In this document: positions 37,135 through 46,450 of the stretch, piece by piece | How positions within the stretch are numbered: position 1 is the stretch's first letter | Layout: every line of letters begins with the position of its first letter | Assembly (NCBI GenBank): GCA_964571305.1 | Contig: CAZNBX010000001.1 | Location: 18,866 to 73,795 of the forward strand | Source: an uncultured Novosphingobium sp. | GTDB taxonomy: Bacteria; Pseudomonadota; Alphaproteobacteria; Sphingomonadales; Sphingomonadaceae | Direction of reading: 5' to 3' | DNA: 54,930 nucleotides | Notes under the pieces: generated by a model | The model's input: the letters and a program-made list of their open reading frames with translations, nothing else | Databases searched by the model: none | What the model was told of the DNA's origin: nothing | Position numbers and translations under genes: made by a program

Positions 37135-37293
37135 TCTTCGTGGGGAAGTGCCTTGTGCTCTGTGCTGCCATGGCTCGGCGCATGGAGCTAATCCCGTTTA
37201 AGGCGATGGCCGATTTGCCTTGTTTATCCACAAGCGTCGCTGCGCTTGTTAAGGTTTTGGTGTCAAAGCGTCCCCCGCCGGGACGGGGCAAAG

Positions 37294-37306
37294 TAACCCA
37301 TTGATA
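37294..37306. promoter_or_regulatory. IHF-consensus site upstream of pilin C
   Basis: TAACCCATTGATA. Confidence 0.55.
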
Positions 37307-37519
37307 GAAAGCGATCTTTCCTTAAACCGACCTCCAGTCGAAACCGTGATCGAGCAGATGGTTAAAGAGGGTTCGCCAGGTCGCTTTTGTTGCAGGAACT
37401 GCGTGGCGCAGTTTCCCCTTCAATTGATCTGCGAGCCAATACGTTGATCACCAGATCGGTCCTGACACGAGATTACCGGCAGAGGTCTTTAAATTGTCGG
37501 CGTCGTAAGGAGATTTATT

Positions 37520-38119
37520 GTGAGCAAGCTTTTTACCAAGGTCGTTCTTGCCGCGGGCGCAATCGCCGCGCTTCCATCGGCCGCTCAGGCTGGCACGTCC
37601 ACCGCGACCGGGACAGCCACGCTGACTGTGATGAACCAGTGCTCAGTTACCGGCGCCACGGTAAGTCTTGGGACCTATACGGTCAGTCAGACGTGGGGGG
37701 ATGTTGCGAACGCTGTTGGTAAGGTGGACGATTATCTTGTCTACCATGCCGGTTCGCGCGGGCAGGAATTTTTGAACTATGGTTCGATTACCTGCGATGC
37801 TGGCGTTCCTTATTCGCTTGAAATCCGCGGTACATTGGGAACCATGAGCATCACTCACAATGGGAAGAGTGCGCAGTTCCAGCCGATGATCAAGAAGCTC
37901 GGCGGCGTCGCGGTTGCTGATAATGACGCTACGCTTCCGACTGCCGGTGCCAATGTCTCCGACAATGTTCTGACAGGCACGGGAACCGGTTCGGCGCAAG
38001 TTCTTCTGGGTAGCGCTCCGCTTTACTTCCCGATGTTTGGGACAAGCGTGTATGCGACTGACACTCTTGGCGCGACTGGCATTGCCACGGATACGCTGAC
38101 CTATACCCTGAATTTCTAA
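37520..38119 (+). CDS. Csu/SCPU-like pilin C
   Basis: AAGGAG RBS; signal peptide; GTSTATGTATLTVMNQC, second Cys in ITCD, C-terminal DTLTYTLNF. Confidence 0.85.
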   Translation: MSKLFTKVVLAAGAIAALPSAAQAGTSTATGTATLTVMNQCSVTGATVSLGTYTVSQTWGDVANAVGKVDDYLVYHAGSRGQEFLNYGSITCDAGVPYSLEIRGTLGTMSITHNGKSAQFQPMIKKLGGVAVADNDATLPTAGANVSDNVLTGTGTGSAQVLLGSAPLYFPMFGTSVYATDTLGATGIATDTLTYTLNF

Positions 38120-38125
38120 AGTATC

Positions 38126-38158
38126 GCGGGGGAGGTACCTTCATGGAGGGCCTCCCGC
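38126..38158 (+). terminator. Hairpin after pilin C (related to the one after pilin B)
   Basis: GCGGGGGAGGTACCTT-CATG-GAGGGCCTCCCGC. Confidence 0.55.
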
Positions 38159-38490
38159 CACGTCCCGATGGCGCCCAGTTCAGTCCGGTTGGTTAACAAG
38201 TCGCAGATAACCGTGTTCTATGACCATGCCCCATAGAGATTATCGTGAAAGTGCCATTTGCGGAACGCATGCTGGTATGCGCCGTTATCGCTATACGATC
38301 GATTGCATATGCGGGAACGTCAACCCCGGGATCTGCGGACCGGTCGAATGGCCTGGGATACTGACTCGCGTGAGGAGAGGGTGCCGTAGAACGGTCAATT
38401 GAGCGAGTGCAGCGACACGGATTATTCCAGAGTGTCGAGCCCCTGTCGCCATGTCGTGATCGATTTTGAAGCTACTTGAGGAAAGTTTTC

Positions 38491-38640
38491 GTGGCTGATT
38501 TTTTCAAGACTATGCTTGTTGCCTTTCTTGCAATCGCGGCGCTGCCCAGTGCGGCCTGGGCCGGTACGAGCACAGCCACTGCGAACGTAACGATGCAGGT
38601 TGGAAGCCAGTGCACGCTGACCGGCGCCAACACCTTTTGA
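38491..38640 (+). CDS. 49-aa mini-pilin D (signal peptide plus N-terminal donor strand only) or pilin remnant
   Basis: Not in the ORF track; GAGGAA RBS, GTG start; MADFFKTMLVAFLAIAALPSAAWAGTSTATANVTMQVGSQCTLTGANTF*. Confidence 0.7.
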   Translation: MADFFKTMLVAFLAIAALPSAAWAGTSTATANVTMQVGSQCTLTGANTF

Positions 38641-38680
38641 TCAGCGCGGGGAATGCCTGCCCTCGGCACATGGTGCTGGT

Positions 38681-38693
38681 TAACCTATTGATA
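38681..38693. promoter_or_regulatory. IHF-consensus site upstream of pilin E
   Basis: TAACCTATTGATA. Confidence 0.55.
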
Positions 38694-38737
38694 AAACAAA
38701 CTAACTATAAACCGTCTCCGGTGAAAAGGAGACCGAC

Positions 38738-39346
38738 ATGAATAAACTTTATACCAAGCTGGCACTGGCGACTGCCCTGGCCGCGCTTCCGGGGGTGGCC
38801 CACGCGGGCACTTCAACCGCGACGGGTACTGCCACGCTGACTGTGATCAATGAGTGCACGGTTACCGGCGCTACCGTTAACCTTGGCACTTTTACTTCCG
38901 CCAACACTTGGGGTGATATCGCGGCGGCCCTGGGCCGGTCGGATAGCGGGAGCGATTACACCGCCGGTTCGAATGGGCAGGAATACCTGAACTTCGGTTC
39001 GATCACTTGTGATTCCGCCGCCCCTTATACTCTGACGATCAAGGGTACTGCCACGGGCGATGCGGGAGCGATCAAGCTAACCCATAACGGCAAGGCAGCA
39101 ACCTTCATGCCGGGGATCAAAAAGCTTGGCGGCAACCTCGTTGCAGACAGCAACGCAACTTTTGCCGGCGCGGGTGTTCAGGTCTGGCAGACGCCTGTGG
39201 CAGGCACTGGGACCGGTACTGCCCAGGCACTGCTTGGTAACGTGACGCTCAGCTTTGCTGGGGCTGACACCACGGCACTCGCGACTGACACGCTCGGCGC
39301 CGCGGGCACTGCCTCTGACACCCTGACCTATACCCTGAACTTCTGA
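38738..39346 (+). CDS. Csu/SCPU-like pilin E
   Basis: AAGGAG RBS; AHA|GTSTATGTATLTVINEC; ITCD; DTLTYTLNF. Confidence 0.85.
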   Translation: MNKLYTKLALATALAALPGVAHAGTSTATGTATLTVINECTVTGATVNLGTFTSANTWGDIAAALGRSDSGSDYTAGSNGQEYLNFGSITCDSAAPYTLTIKGTATGDAGAIKLTHNGKAATFMPGIKKLGGNLVADSNATFAGAGVQVWQTPVAGTGTGTAQALLGNVTLSFAGADTTALATDTLGAAGTASDTLTYTLNF

Positions 39347-39361
39347 GCCGAGGCTTGGGAG

Positions 39362-39418
39362 AATGTCGCCTGAACGGATGGATAACCAGTCCAAGGCTGG
39401 TGCCATCCGTTCGGCATT
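39362..39418 (+). terminator. Long hairpin between pilin E and usher
   Basis: GAACGGATGG...CCATCCGTTC with outer AATGTCG/CGGCATT pairing. Confidence 0.55.
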
Positions 39419-39592
39419 GAGGCGGCGAGGCTTAATCCTTTGGGGACAAATCGTCCCGCAAGGGAACAACCTTATAGAAATCTATAGAATCACTTAATGT
39501 TAAATGTTTATAAGCAGTTAGGGCAATAACGGCACCTTCCTGGTTTCAAGCCAGGTGGCGCTGGCCCTGGTCGCAATATCGGAAGAAAAAAA

Positions 39593-42112
39593 TTGGGTCG
39601 TTCGCACTTCCTTGCTGTTGGGAGCCGCTGCTTTTGCGCGCTCGGGACACTGGCTATCGCCATGGCGAGCGGCGCCGCCTGGGCAAACAATAGCGTTGAT
39701 GCCGAAGCTGGAGCGGAAGGCACGCAGGTTGCCGTGGCCGTCCCATACGACCTCGACTTTATCCGCAAGCCGAGCGGAGGCGAGCATTCGCAGAACACGC
39801 TTAAGCTGACGCCCTTCCGCGGTGACAGCAGGAACCGGACGATCATTGTCAACGGCGTCGAATATGGCGCGGGCACCACAGGTATCGTCAACGACAAGCT
39901 TTATATCTCGACCAACCTGGTCGCGATCGCGGGCCTGGAATGTGGCGAAGTGCTTCAGGCCGATGACGCGAGCATTTGCGCGGTTGGAGCGCGCAATTTC
40001 TGGACCGACGGTGACCGCCTGTTCGTGGAATCCGGGGAGAGCAAGGGTGCGGTGCATTCCGGCCCCGAACCGGCGCCGGAACTTGCGCCCTCGACTGTAG
40101 CCTTTCTGAACTACGACACCAATTTTGTGGCAAATCCGAACGGCGCGGTCGCCTTGTTCGGCAGCCTCCAGCCAGGTTTGCGGTTCAAGGAAAATGCCTT
40201 CGACATGCAGGCAACCTATTTCCAGCCGGTCAATACCGACGTCGGGGCAAGCAGCAGTTCACGCAGCCAGATTACCGTCAATTCCTTTGCCTACCGCCGT
40301 GAGTGGTTTGAAAAGCGCCTGCGCCTGATTGCGGGACGTACCCAGTCGCCCGGTCGCGGCCTGATGGGCGGGCAGCAGTTTGACGGGGTTTCGCTGGAGC
40401 GTTTCAATTCCGACGATGTCGGCTCGGTTCCGACTTCGGGTCCCCGTCCCATCACCGGCTTTGCGCAAGGGCCGGGCGTGGTCCAGTACCGGGTGGGCGA
40501 CAAGGTCTACAAGCAGATCCCGGTGCGCGAGGGCAAGTTCGAGATCGGCGGTGAATTGCTGGCCGAAGTGCCGCGTGGCGGACGCTTGGAATTCGTCGGG
40601 CTGGATGGGGTTGCCCGCGAACTTTCGATGCCAACCGACATCAACGCGCAATACTCGTTCTATCGTCGCGGCGATTACAGCTTCGACGTTCAGCTCGGGC
40701 GGCTGAAATCGCTCGAGGGTGACCGTCCTTTCGGGAGCATCGGCGGTCGCTATGGTTTGTCCCGCGAAGTCACCGTCGACCTTGGCTTGTCCTCCACCGA
40801 CAAGGCGTTTGCACTGGGCGGTACGGTCAGCATGCGTTTGCCCGGTGCCTTGGGCTCGATGAGCCTGGCCGGTGCAACCAGCCGCGGATGGAGCGGCGGT
40901 GGCAGCTTTGCCAGCACCGTCGATGCCAATTACTTCAACCGGATCGGACCGTTGTCGGTCGATCTTTCGCACCGCCAGTATTTCAACGGCGGCTATCGCG
41001 GGCTTGGGGTCACCGCGAACATTCTCGTCAACAGCGGCATCACCCAAAGCACCCGTGCCTCCGTCGGCACGACCTTGCCGTTTCCGGGCAATGATATTTC
41101 GGCCCGCGTGGTTGCAGAACGCTCGGTCTACAACGACGCCGCGTCGGACAGCCGCAACATCCAGGTCGACCTGAGCCGGAGTTTCGGGAAGCTGGGCAGT
41201 GGCGCTCTGGTTGGCCGGTTCGGTCGCGATCAGTATGGCAAATCCTATTCCAGCCTGATGCTCAACTGGGTGATCCCATTGGGCGGAAGGTACGGGGTCA
41301 GCCTGAACGGCAACAGCACCAAGAGCGACGGCGGTGCGCGGGACAACCGCTATTCCGCCACCTTCTGGGGCAGCAGCGGCGGCGCCTATGGGTCCGGCAC
41401 GAACTATCAGGTTTCGATCGATCAGGATCGCCGGATTGCAGCCGATGGCAGCATGCGCGGACGACTGGGCAGCCTCACGGCCAGCTTCAGTCGCAACCCT
41501 GGCGAAAACCTGTTCGGCAGCGTCGGCATGCGCGGCGGGCTGGTACTGGCTGGCGGAGGCTTGATTGCGACCCGGTCGGTATCGGATTCCTTGCTGGTCG
41601 TTCGGGCGAAGGAGCTGGCCGGTTCGGAACTGTTCGTTGCGCCGGAAATGGAAGGGCGGACCCGCTTCAACGGTGCTGGCTTTGGTGTGATCACCGACCT
41701 TCCGTCGTACCGAAAGGTCAACTTCTCGTTCGATCAATCGAAACTGCCGCTCGGTATGGAAATTTCGCAGGACCAGCTCAGCGGTTCGCTGCGGCCTTAT
41801 CGTGGCTATGTTGTCGATGTGCCGGTCAAGCGGCTGCAGCCGCTGCGCCTGTTCCCCAAGATTCCGAAGGACGCCTTTGGCCGCGGCAATGCCCTTTCGG
41901 GTAGCAGCTTTGCCCCGATCGAACTGGATGGTTCGCTCTATTTCAATTCCTGGCCCGAGCCGGGGCTGCCGCTCGAACTGACCTGGCAGAGTGAGCAGGG
42001 CGTGTTCAGTTGCGTGATCGAATTGCCGCCGCAGCCCGAAGCGAAGGCGGATGGCAGCGTGTTCGACCTGATCGAATTGCGCGACGTGGAATGTAAATCA
42101 ACAAAGGACTGA
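39593..42112 (+). CDS. Fimbrial usher (PapC/CsuD-like outer membrane protein)
   Basis: 839 aa, signal peptide, FLNYD, FDGVSL, RYGLS, RGGLV..GG, G.GVITDLPSY, C-terminal Cys pair; position between pilins and chaperone. Confidence 0.8.
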   Translation: MGRSHFLAVGSRCFCALGTLAIAMASGAAWANNSVDAEAGAEGTQVAVAVPYDLDFIRKPSGGEHSQNTLKLTPFRGDSRNRTIIVNGVEYGAGTTGIVNDKLYISTNLVAIAGLECGEVLQADDASICAVGARNFWTDGDRLFVESGESKGAVHSGPEPAPELAPSTVAFLNYDTNFVANPNGAVALFGSLQPGLRFKENAFDMQATYFQPVNTDVGASSSSRSQITVNSFAYRREWFEKRLRLIAGRTQSPGRGLMGGQQFDGVSLERFNSDDVGSVPTSGPRPITGFAQGPGVVQYRVGDKVYKQIPVREGKFEIGGELLAEVPRGGRLEFVGLDGVARELSMPTDINAQYSFYRRGDYSFDVQLGRLKSLEGDRPFGSIGGRYGLSREVTVDLGLSSTDKAFALGGTVSMRLPGALGSMSLAGATSRGWSGGGSFASTVDANYFNRIGPLSVDLSHRQYFNGGYRGLGVTANILVNSGITQSTRASVGTTLPFPGNDISARVVAERSVYNDAASDSRNIQVDLSRSFGKLGSGALVGRFGRDQYGKSYSSLMLNWVIPLGGRYGVSLNGNSTKSDGGARDNRYSATFWGSSGGAYGSGTNYQVSIDQDRRIAADGSMRGRLGSLTASFSRNPGENLFGSVGMRGGLVLAGGGLIATRSVSDSLLVVRAKELAGSELFVAPEMEGRTRFNGAGFGVITDLPSYRKVNFSFDQSKLPLGMEISQDQLSGSLRPYRGYVVDVPVKRLQPLRLFPKIPKDAFGRGNALSGSSFAPIELDGSLYFNSWPEPGLPLELTWQSEQGVFSCVIELPPQPEAKADGSVFDLIELRDVECKSTKD

Positions 42113-42909
42113 TGATGCGCGGAATAATCCATTCGGCAGTGGTTGCGGCCGTCGTGCTGGTCGCCAGCCCGGCCTCGGCTTCGATCAATTTCGGCAATCC
42201 CTATGTCTTTGCCTCCCAGGAAGAGGCGGAGAAGGGTATTTCCCTGCCGCTCTATGGTGGCTCGGAACGCGAGGTCAGCTATGTTTCCGTCCGCGTCTAT
42301 CGCTGGGTCCAAAAGGACGGCGATCCCTATGCGCTGGAGCCTGCTCCCGAGGTCGCGGTTTTCCCGCAAATGGTGCGGCTGGAGCCACAGGCGCGGGCCA
42401 GCGTCCGCCTCGCCTGGGCGCGGTCTGCACCCGTGGACGAGCGTTATTATCGCCTGGTCCTGGAAGAATTCGATCGGCCTGACGAAGGGAGCGCAGACAA
42501 GGACAAGGCGGTGCTGGGCTTTCGGGTCCGTCCGCGTGCTTCCTTGCCGATGGTCATCTTTGGCCGGGACAATCTTGAGCCCGCCCAGTTGAGCGCAACT
42601 TTGACCACGGTCTCGAAGACGGTTGAGCAACCCGTTGCCGAAGGAGAGAAGGCTAAAGCCGGGCCAAAGGCGGTTGAAGAGCGGGTGGTGCGGGTCAGCA
42701 ACAGCGGCCAGACCTATGGCCGGGTCGCTGGCTTCCGCGATGCTGACGGCACGGTTCACAATGCGATGATTTACGTCCTGCCGGGTTCGACGCTCGACGT
42801 TCCCTTGCCTGCCGCCGCCGAAAAGGGGCTTGAACTGCTCTACTCATCCGGCCGCGCCGAGCATGTCCGCAAGGAGAAGGATGCTCTTCGTTCCGTGGCG
42901 GTCAACTGA
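42112..42909 (+). CDS. Fimbrial periplasmic chaperone (CsuC-like)
   Basis: Signal peptide; VYRWVQ, VFPQMVRLEP, ERYYRLVLEE, SLP, NSG, YVLPGS. Confidence 0.8.
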   Translation: MMRGIIHSAVVAAVVLVASPASASINFGNPYVFASQEEAEKGISLPLYGGSEREVSYVSVRVYRWVQKDGDPYALEPAPEVAVFPQMVRLEPQARASVRLAWARSAPVDERYYRLVLEEFDRPDEGSADKDKAVLGFRVRPRASLPMVIFGRDNLEPAQLSATLTTVSKTVEQPVAEGEKAKAGPKAVEERVVRVSNSGQTYGRVAGFRDADGTVHNAMIYVLPGSTLDVPLPAAAEKGLELLYSSGRAEHVRKEKDALRSVAVN

Positions 42910-42934
42910 TCCCGCATTGCATTGGGAGCGCGCA

Positions 42935-43414
42935 ATGGTCCTGATAACCGATATGCTGTCACGAAAGCTTCTGGTCGCTGGCGTGCTCGCCGCAAGCATG
43001 GTTCCGACGATCAGTCACGCTGCTTGCACGCCGGTGGAATCGTCGATTCCCTTGCCGCGCGTCAATTCCGCGCAGCAACTGCGAACGATGCAGGGCGCGG
43101 CTGAAGGTGGCACCTTGGTTCGCGGGGTATCGACGCCGACGATAGTCCGACTGACGGGATGTTCGGAAACACTGCCGACCACCGTCCGTGCGGAGAACGT
43201 GCGGATCGACAAGGCCGGTAAGACAGTTGAACTGGCCCCCTGGTTGATCAGCGTCGATGGGGTAAACCTCACCATGCCGAAGGACCTGTCGCGGACGCCG
43301 CACGAGTTTCAGGGTAATGTTACCCTGGGAATCCTGTTCGTCCCGGTGAACCTGCCGCCGTCACTTACGGCCGGGCAATACAGCGGGCCCTTGATCATGA
43401 CCTTTACGGACTGA
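42935..43414 (+). CDS. Secreted minor pilin/tip-like subunit
   Basis: Signal peptide SHA|AC, two Cys, C-terminal AGQYSGPLIMTFTD beta strand. Confidence 0.6.
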   Translation: MVLITDMLSRKLLVAGVLAASMVPTISHAACTPVESSIPLPRVNSAQQLRTMQGAAEGGTLVRGVSTPTIVRLTGCSETLPTTVRAENVRIDKAGKTVELAPWLISVDGVNLTMPKDLSRTPHEFQGNVTLGILFVPVNLPPSLTAGQYSGPLIMTFTD

Positions 43415-43442
43415 TCATCCGGCCCGCTTGGCTTGCCGCAAG

Positions 43443-43862
43443 TCAGGCAAACCGTTCGCGCAGCGCGAGGAGGGCGAGCGCGGCCTTGGCCGCTTCCCCG
43501 CCCTTGTCCTTTTGCTTCGGATCGGCGCGGACCAAGGCTTGGGCTTCGTTCTCGACAGTGAGGATGCCATTGCCGATCGCGATGCCGTCCATGGTCAGTG
43601 CCATGATGCCGCGCGCGCTTTCGCCGGCGACGATTTCGAAGTGATAGGTCTCGCCGCGGATGACCACGCCGATGGCGACATAGCCGTCGTAGAGATCGGC
43701 CTGGTCGGCCAGCGCAATCGCACCGGGAATCTCCAAGGCACCCGGCACGGTAATGACGTCGACGTCATGCCCCGCGCTCTTCAACGCGGCGCGGGCACCT
43801 TCGACCAGCATGTCGTTGAGGTGATCGTAGAAGCGGGCTTCGACAATGAGGAAACGAGCCAA
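43443..43862 (-). CDS. ribH: 6,7-dimethyl-8-ribityllumazine synthase
   Basis: [30 protein letters not shown]. Confidence 0.95.
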   Translation of the reverse strand: MARFLIVEARFYDHLNDMLVEGARAALKSAGHDVDVITVPGALEIPGAIALADQADLYDGYVAIGVVIRGETYHFEIVAGESARGIMALTMDGIAIGNGILTVENEAQALVRADPKQKDKGGEAAKAALALLALRERFA

Positions 43863-43866
43863 GGTC

Positions 43867-45138
43867 TTATCCTTCCTGGATCGGGCGTTCGCCCACGATG
43901 TTGAGGCCGTATCCTTCGATCGCGACGATATGGCGGTGTGAGTTGGTCAGCAGGATCATGTCGTTGATGCCAAGATCGGCCAGAATCTGTGCGCCAATTC
44001 CATAGGCACGCAGGTCCATTTCACCAGCCTTGGTCCCGCCCAGTTCCGCGGTCAGCTGTTCGGGTGAGCCCGGCATCAGCAGCACGATGACGCCGGCCTC
44101 GTTTTCGCCGACGGCGTCCATCGCGCGTTGCAGGGTGCGCTTGCGCGGTCCGGGCTGGCCCAAGACATCGGAAAAGATCGACATCGAGTGCATCCGCACC
44201 AAGGTCGGCTGCCCCGGAACGACATGCCCCTTTTGCAGGACGATATTGACCGAGCCGTCGACCTTGTTGCGATAGGTCTTGGCTGTCCAGTCGCCGCCAT
44301 AGTCCGAAGTGAAGGGGGCTTCGCTGACGCATTCAACCAGGCGGTCGTGCTTGCGGCGGTATTCGATCAGGTCGCGGATCGTGCCCATCTTGAGGCCGTG
44401 GCGACGTGCAAACGGGACAAGGTCGTCCATCCGCGCCATGGTCCCGTCCTCGTTCATGATCTCGCAGATCACGCCCGATGGATTGAGCCCGGCAAGGCGC
44501 GATATATCGACCGATGCCTCGGTATGGCCGGCGCGGACCAGCACGCCGCCATCGCGGGCGATCAGCGGGAAGACATGGCCCGGGGTGACGATATCGTCAC
44601 GCCCCTTGCTGGCGTCGATGGCTACAGCGACAGTGCGGGCGCGGTCTCCGGCGGAGATGCCCGTGGTGACGCCCTCGCGGGCTTCGATCGAAACGGTGAA
44701 GGCGGTTTCATGCCGTGTGCCGTTGTTGCGGCTCATCAGCTCAAGGCCAAGCGTGTCGGTGCGTTCCTTGGTCAGCGTCAGGCAGATCAGGCCGCGTCCG
44801 TGGGTGGCCATGAAATTGATCACGTCAGGGGTGGCCATCTGTGCCGGGATTACCAGGTCGCCCTCGTTCTCGCGGTCTTCGTCGTCGACCAGGATGAACA
44901 TCCGACCGTTGCGGGCTTCCGCGATGATTTCGTCGATACCGACGAGTACGGGGCTCTCATCACTGTCCCACAGGAAGCGTTCCAGCTTGCGCAGGGTATC
45001 CGTGGTTGGGTTCCAGCCTTCATCGGTGCAATCACGCAAGGTATTTGCGTGAAGCCCGGCTGCACGCGCCAGGCCGGAACGAGACATGCCGCCGTCAGTG
45101 ACGAGGCGGCGAACGCGATCGATGATGTTGCTGGACAT
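43867..45138 (-). CDS. ribB: DHBP synthase with N-terminal HTH and degenerate C-terminal GTP cyclohydrolase II-like domain
   Basis: [44 protein letters not shown]; C-terminal domain lacks the Zn-binding cysteines. Confidence 0.93.
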   Translation of the reverse strand: MSSNIIDRVRRLVTDGGMSRSGLARAAGLHANTLRDCTDEGWNPTTDTLRKLERFLWDSDESPVLVGIDEIIAEARNGRMFILVDDEDRENEGDLVIPAQMATPDVINFMATHGRGLICLTLTKERTDTLGLELMSRNNGTRHETAFTVSIEAREGVTTGISAGDRARTVAVAIDASKGRDDIVTPGHVFPLIARDGGVLVRAGHTEASVDISRLAGLNPSGVICEIMNEDGTMARMDDLVPFARRHGLKMGTIRDLIEYRRKHDRLVECVSEAPFTSDYGGDWTAKTYRNKVDGSVNIVLQKGHVVPGQPTLVRMHSMSIFSDVLGQPGPRKRTLQRAMDAVGENEAGVIVLLMPGSPEQLTAELGGTKAGEMDLRAYGIGAQILADLGINDMILLTNSHRHIVAIEGYGLNIVGERPIQEG

Positions 45139-45148
45139 GGAATCGTAT

Positions 45149-45168
45149 TGTCACATTTTGATGTGACA
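45149..45168. promoter_or_regulatory. Perfect palindromic operator upstream of HTH-ribB
   Basis: TGTCACAT-TTTG-ATGTGACA, 10 bp from the start codon; extra TCACAT half-site near 45183. Confidence 0.65.
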
Positions 45169-45314
45169 GTCAAATATCCGCATCACATCGCAAATGTTTC
45201 TATGCTGAAATCGATTGCACCACTTTGGAAGCGAATTTCGCTTCAAGAGTGAAATGGCCTCTTTAATGTCGCCAAGCCGCTAAAGATTTCCCGTCGAAAT
45301 CGAATGATCTCTAT

Positions 45315-46196
45315 TCAGCGTGGGCGCGAATCGAGCGACTCCCACGACGAAGTCAGATAGCGCGTCATCAATTCCAGGGCGTGCGGTTCCAGTTCCAGCA
45401 GGGTCCGCCGCCGGTCACCGGGGTCGGCTTCGCGCTTGACCAGACCGGCCTCGACCAGTTGGTTAACGTGACGAAGCGCAGTGCTGAGCGGCACCTGGGT
45501 CGAGGCGCAAGCGCTCGATGTTGGGACCGGCTCACCCTTGAGTCCGGCTGCGGCCAGGTCAAGCAGAATGTCCCATGCCGGCCCGGAAAGGATCTGCGGA
45601 TCAAAGAACTTTGAACGGCTCTGCCGGTCTTTCATGATCTTCGCGGCAAAAGATTGGAGTTCGTCCGTGCTGGGCTCGCGGCGTGAAACGTCCTGGATCG
45701 GCGATGCAATACCCGGATCTGCGCGTCGTGCAGTTTGCGACAAAGCCAGCAAGCGGAACTGGGCGGCAAGTCGCGCCCACCGCGACGTTGCGCGCCGCAG
45801 CGAACCCGAAAGCCCTTCGAGTGAAATTGGCTTCGCCAACATATCGACCGCGTTTGATCGCATCGCGCTTACTGCAGTGTCGACATTGGACAGGCCGGTA
45901 ATCACGACAGCAACGAGCGGACGCGCGCTCATGAAGCGCTCGGACAATTCTTCGAGCAGCGTCAGGCCGTCCATGCCGGGCATGCGTATGTCGGTGAGGA
46001 CGATGCCAATCCGCGGGTCGCTGGCGATCAGGCGCAGCGCGCTAGCCGCGTCTGAAGCCTGATGGCACGGATAGCCAAGCGCTTCGACCAGTTCGCGGTA
46101 TTCGACCAGGCACTGCGGATCGTCATCTACAATCACGACATGGCACTGGACAGAGGCGATTTCGGCCGTTTCGATATTCGACAGTTCTGCGAGCAT
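45315..46196 (-). CDS. Response regulator, receiver plus C-terminal MarR-like wHTH
   Basis: IVDDD, TDIRMPGMDG, AKP; PAWDILLDL...STALRH...DRRRTLLEL. Confidence 0.88.
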   Translation of the reverse strand: MLAELSNIETAEIASVQCHVVIVDDDPQCLVEYRELVEALGYPCHQASDAASALRLIASDPRIGIVLTDIRMPGMDGLTLLEELSERFMSARPLVAVVITGLSNVDTAVSAMRSNAVDMLAKPISLEGLSGSLRRATSRWARLAAQFRLLALSQTARRADPGIASPIQDVSRREPSTDELQSFAAKIMKDRQSRSKFFDPQILSGPAWDILLDLAAAGLKGEPVPTSSACASTQVPLSTALRHVNQLVEAGLVKREADPGDRRRTLLELEPHALELMTRYLTSSWESLDSRPR

Positions 46197-46450
46197 TGCT
46201 GGTCTCTGTTCTTATGGCTCTTGTTGCGAATTGCGACACGGGCCGCCGACCCGCCCGGCTGGTAGCCTAAGCTCCGCTGCTTCAGGTGGGGAATTGCAAC
46301 AGAAATGAGAGCGAATATGGGTGTAATTGAAACGGTGCATGTTAGCCTTTAGGCGAATTACCAAGGGCATCAGGAAGGATGGCCCGCTAGGATTGGTCCA
46401 TTTTTCGATCAACATGGACCTAAGATCAGTCGGTATTGAAGGGCGAAAGA

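Noticed and set aside
36410-39346. Pilin array as an invertase shufflon, DGR or integron cassette array
   Set aside because: No recombinase, integrase or reverse transcriptase in the window; all units face the same way; no attC-like sites or adenine-specific template/variable repeat pair seen
39480-39525. CtrA boxes upstream of the usher, pilins or flp
   Set aside because: TTAA half-sites are present but I found no clean TTAA-N7-TTAA match
43867-44330. Functional GTP cyclohydrolase II (ribA)
   Set aside because: The Zn-binding cysteine motif is missing ([14 protein letters not shown]), so the gene was called ribB with a degenerate domain
45149-45168. CRP or FixK/FNR site upstream of ribB
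   Set aside because: The half-sites are everted (TCACA-N6-TGTGA) relative to the CRP consensus and do not fit TTGAT-N4-ATCAA
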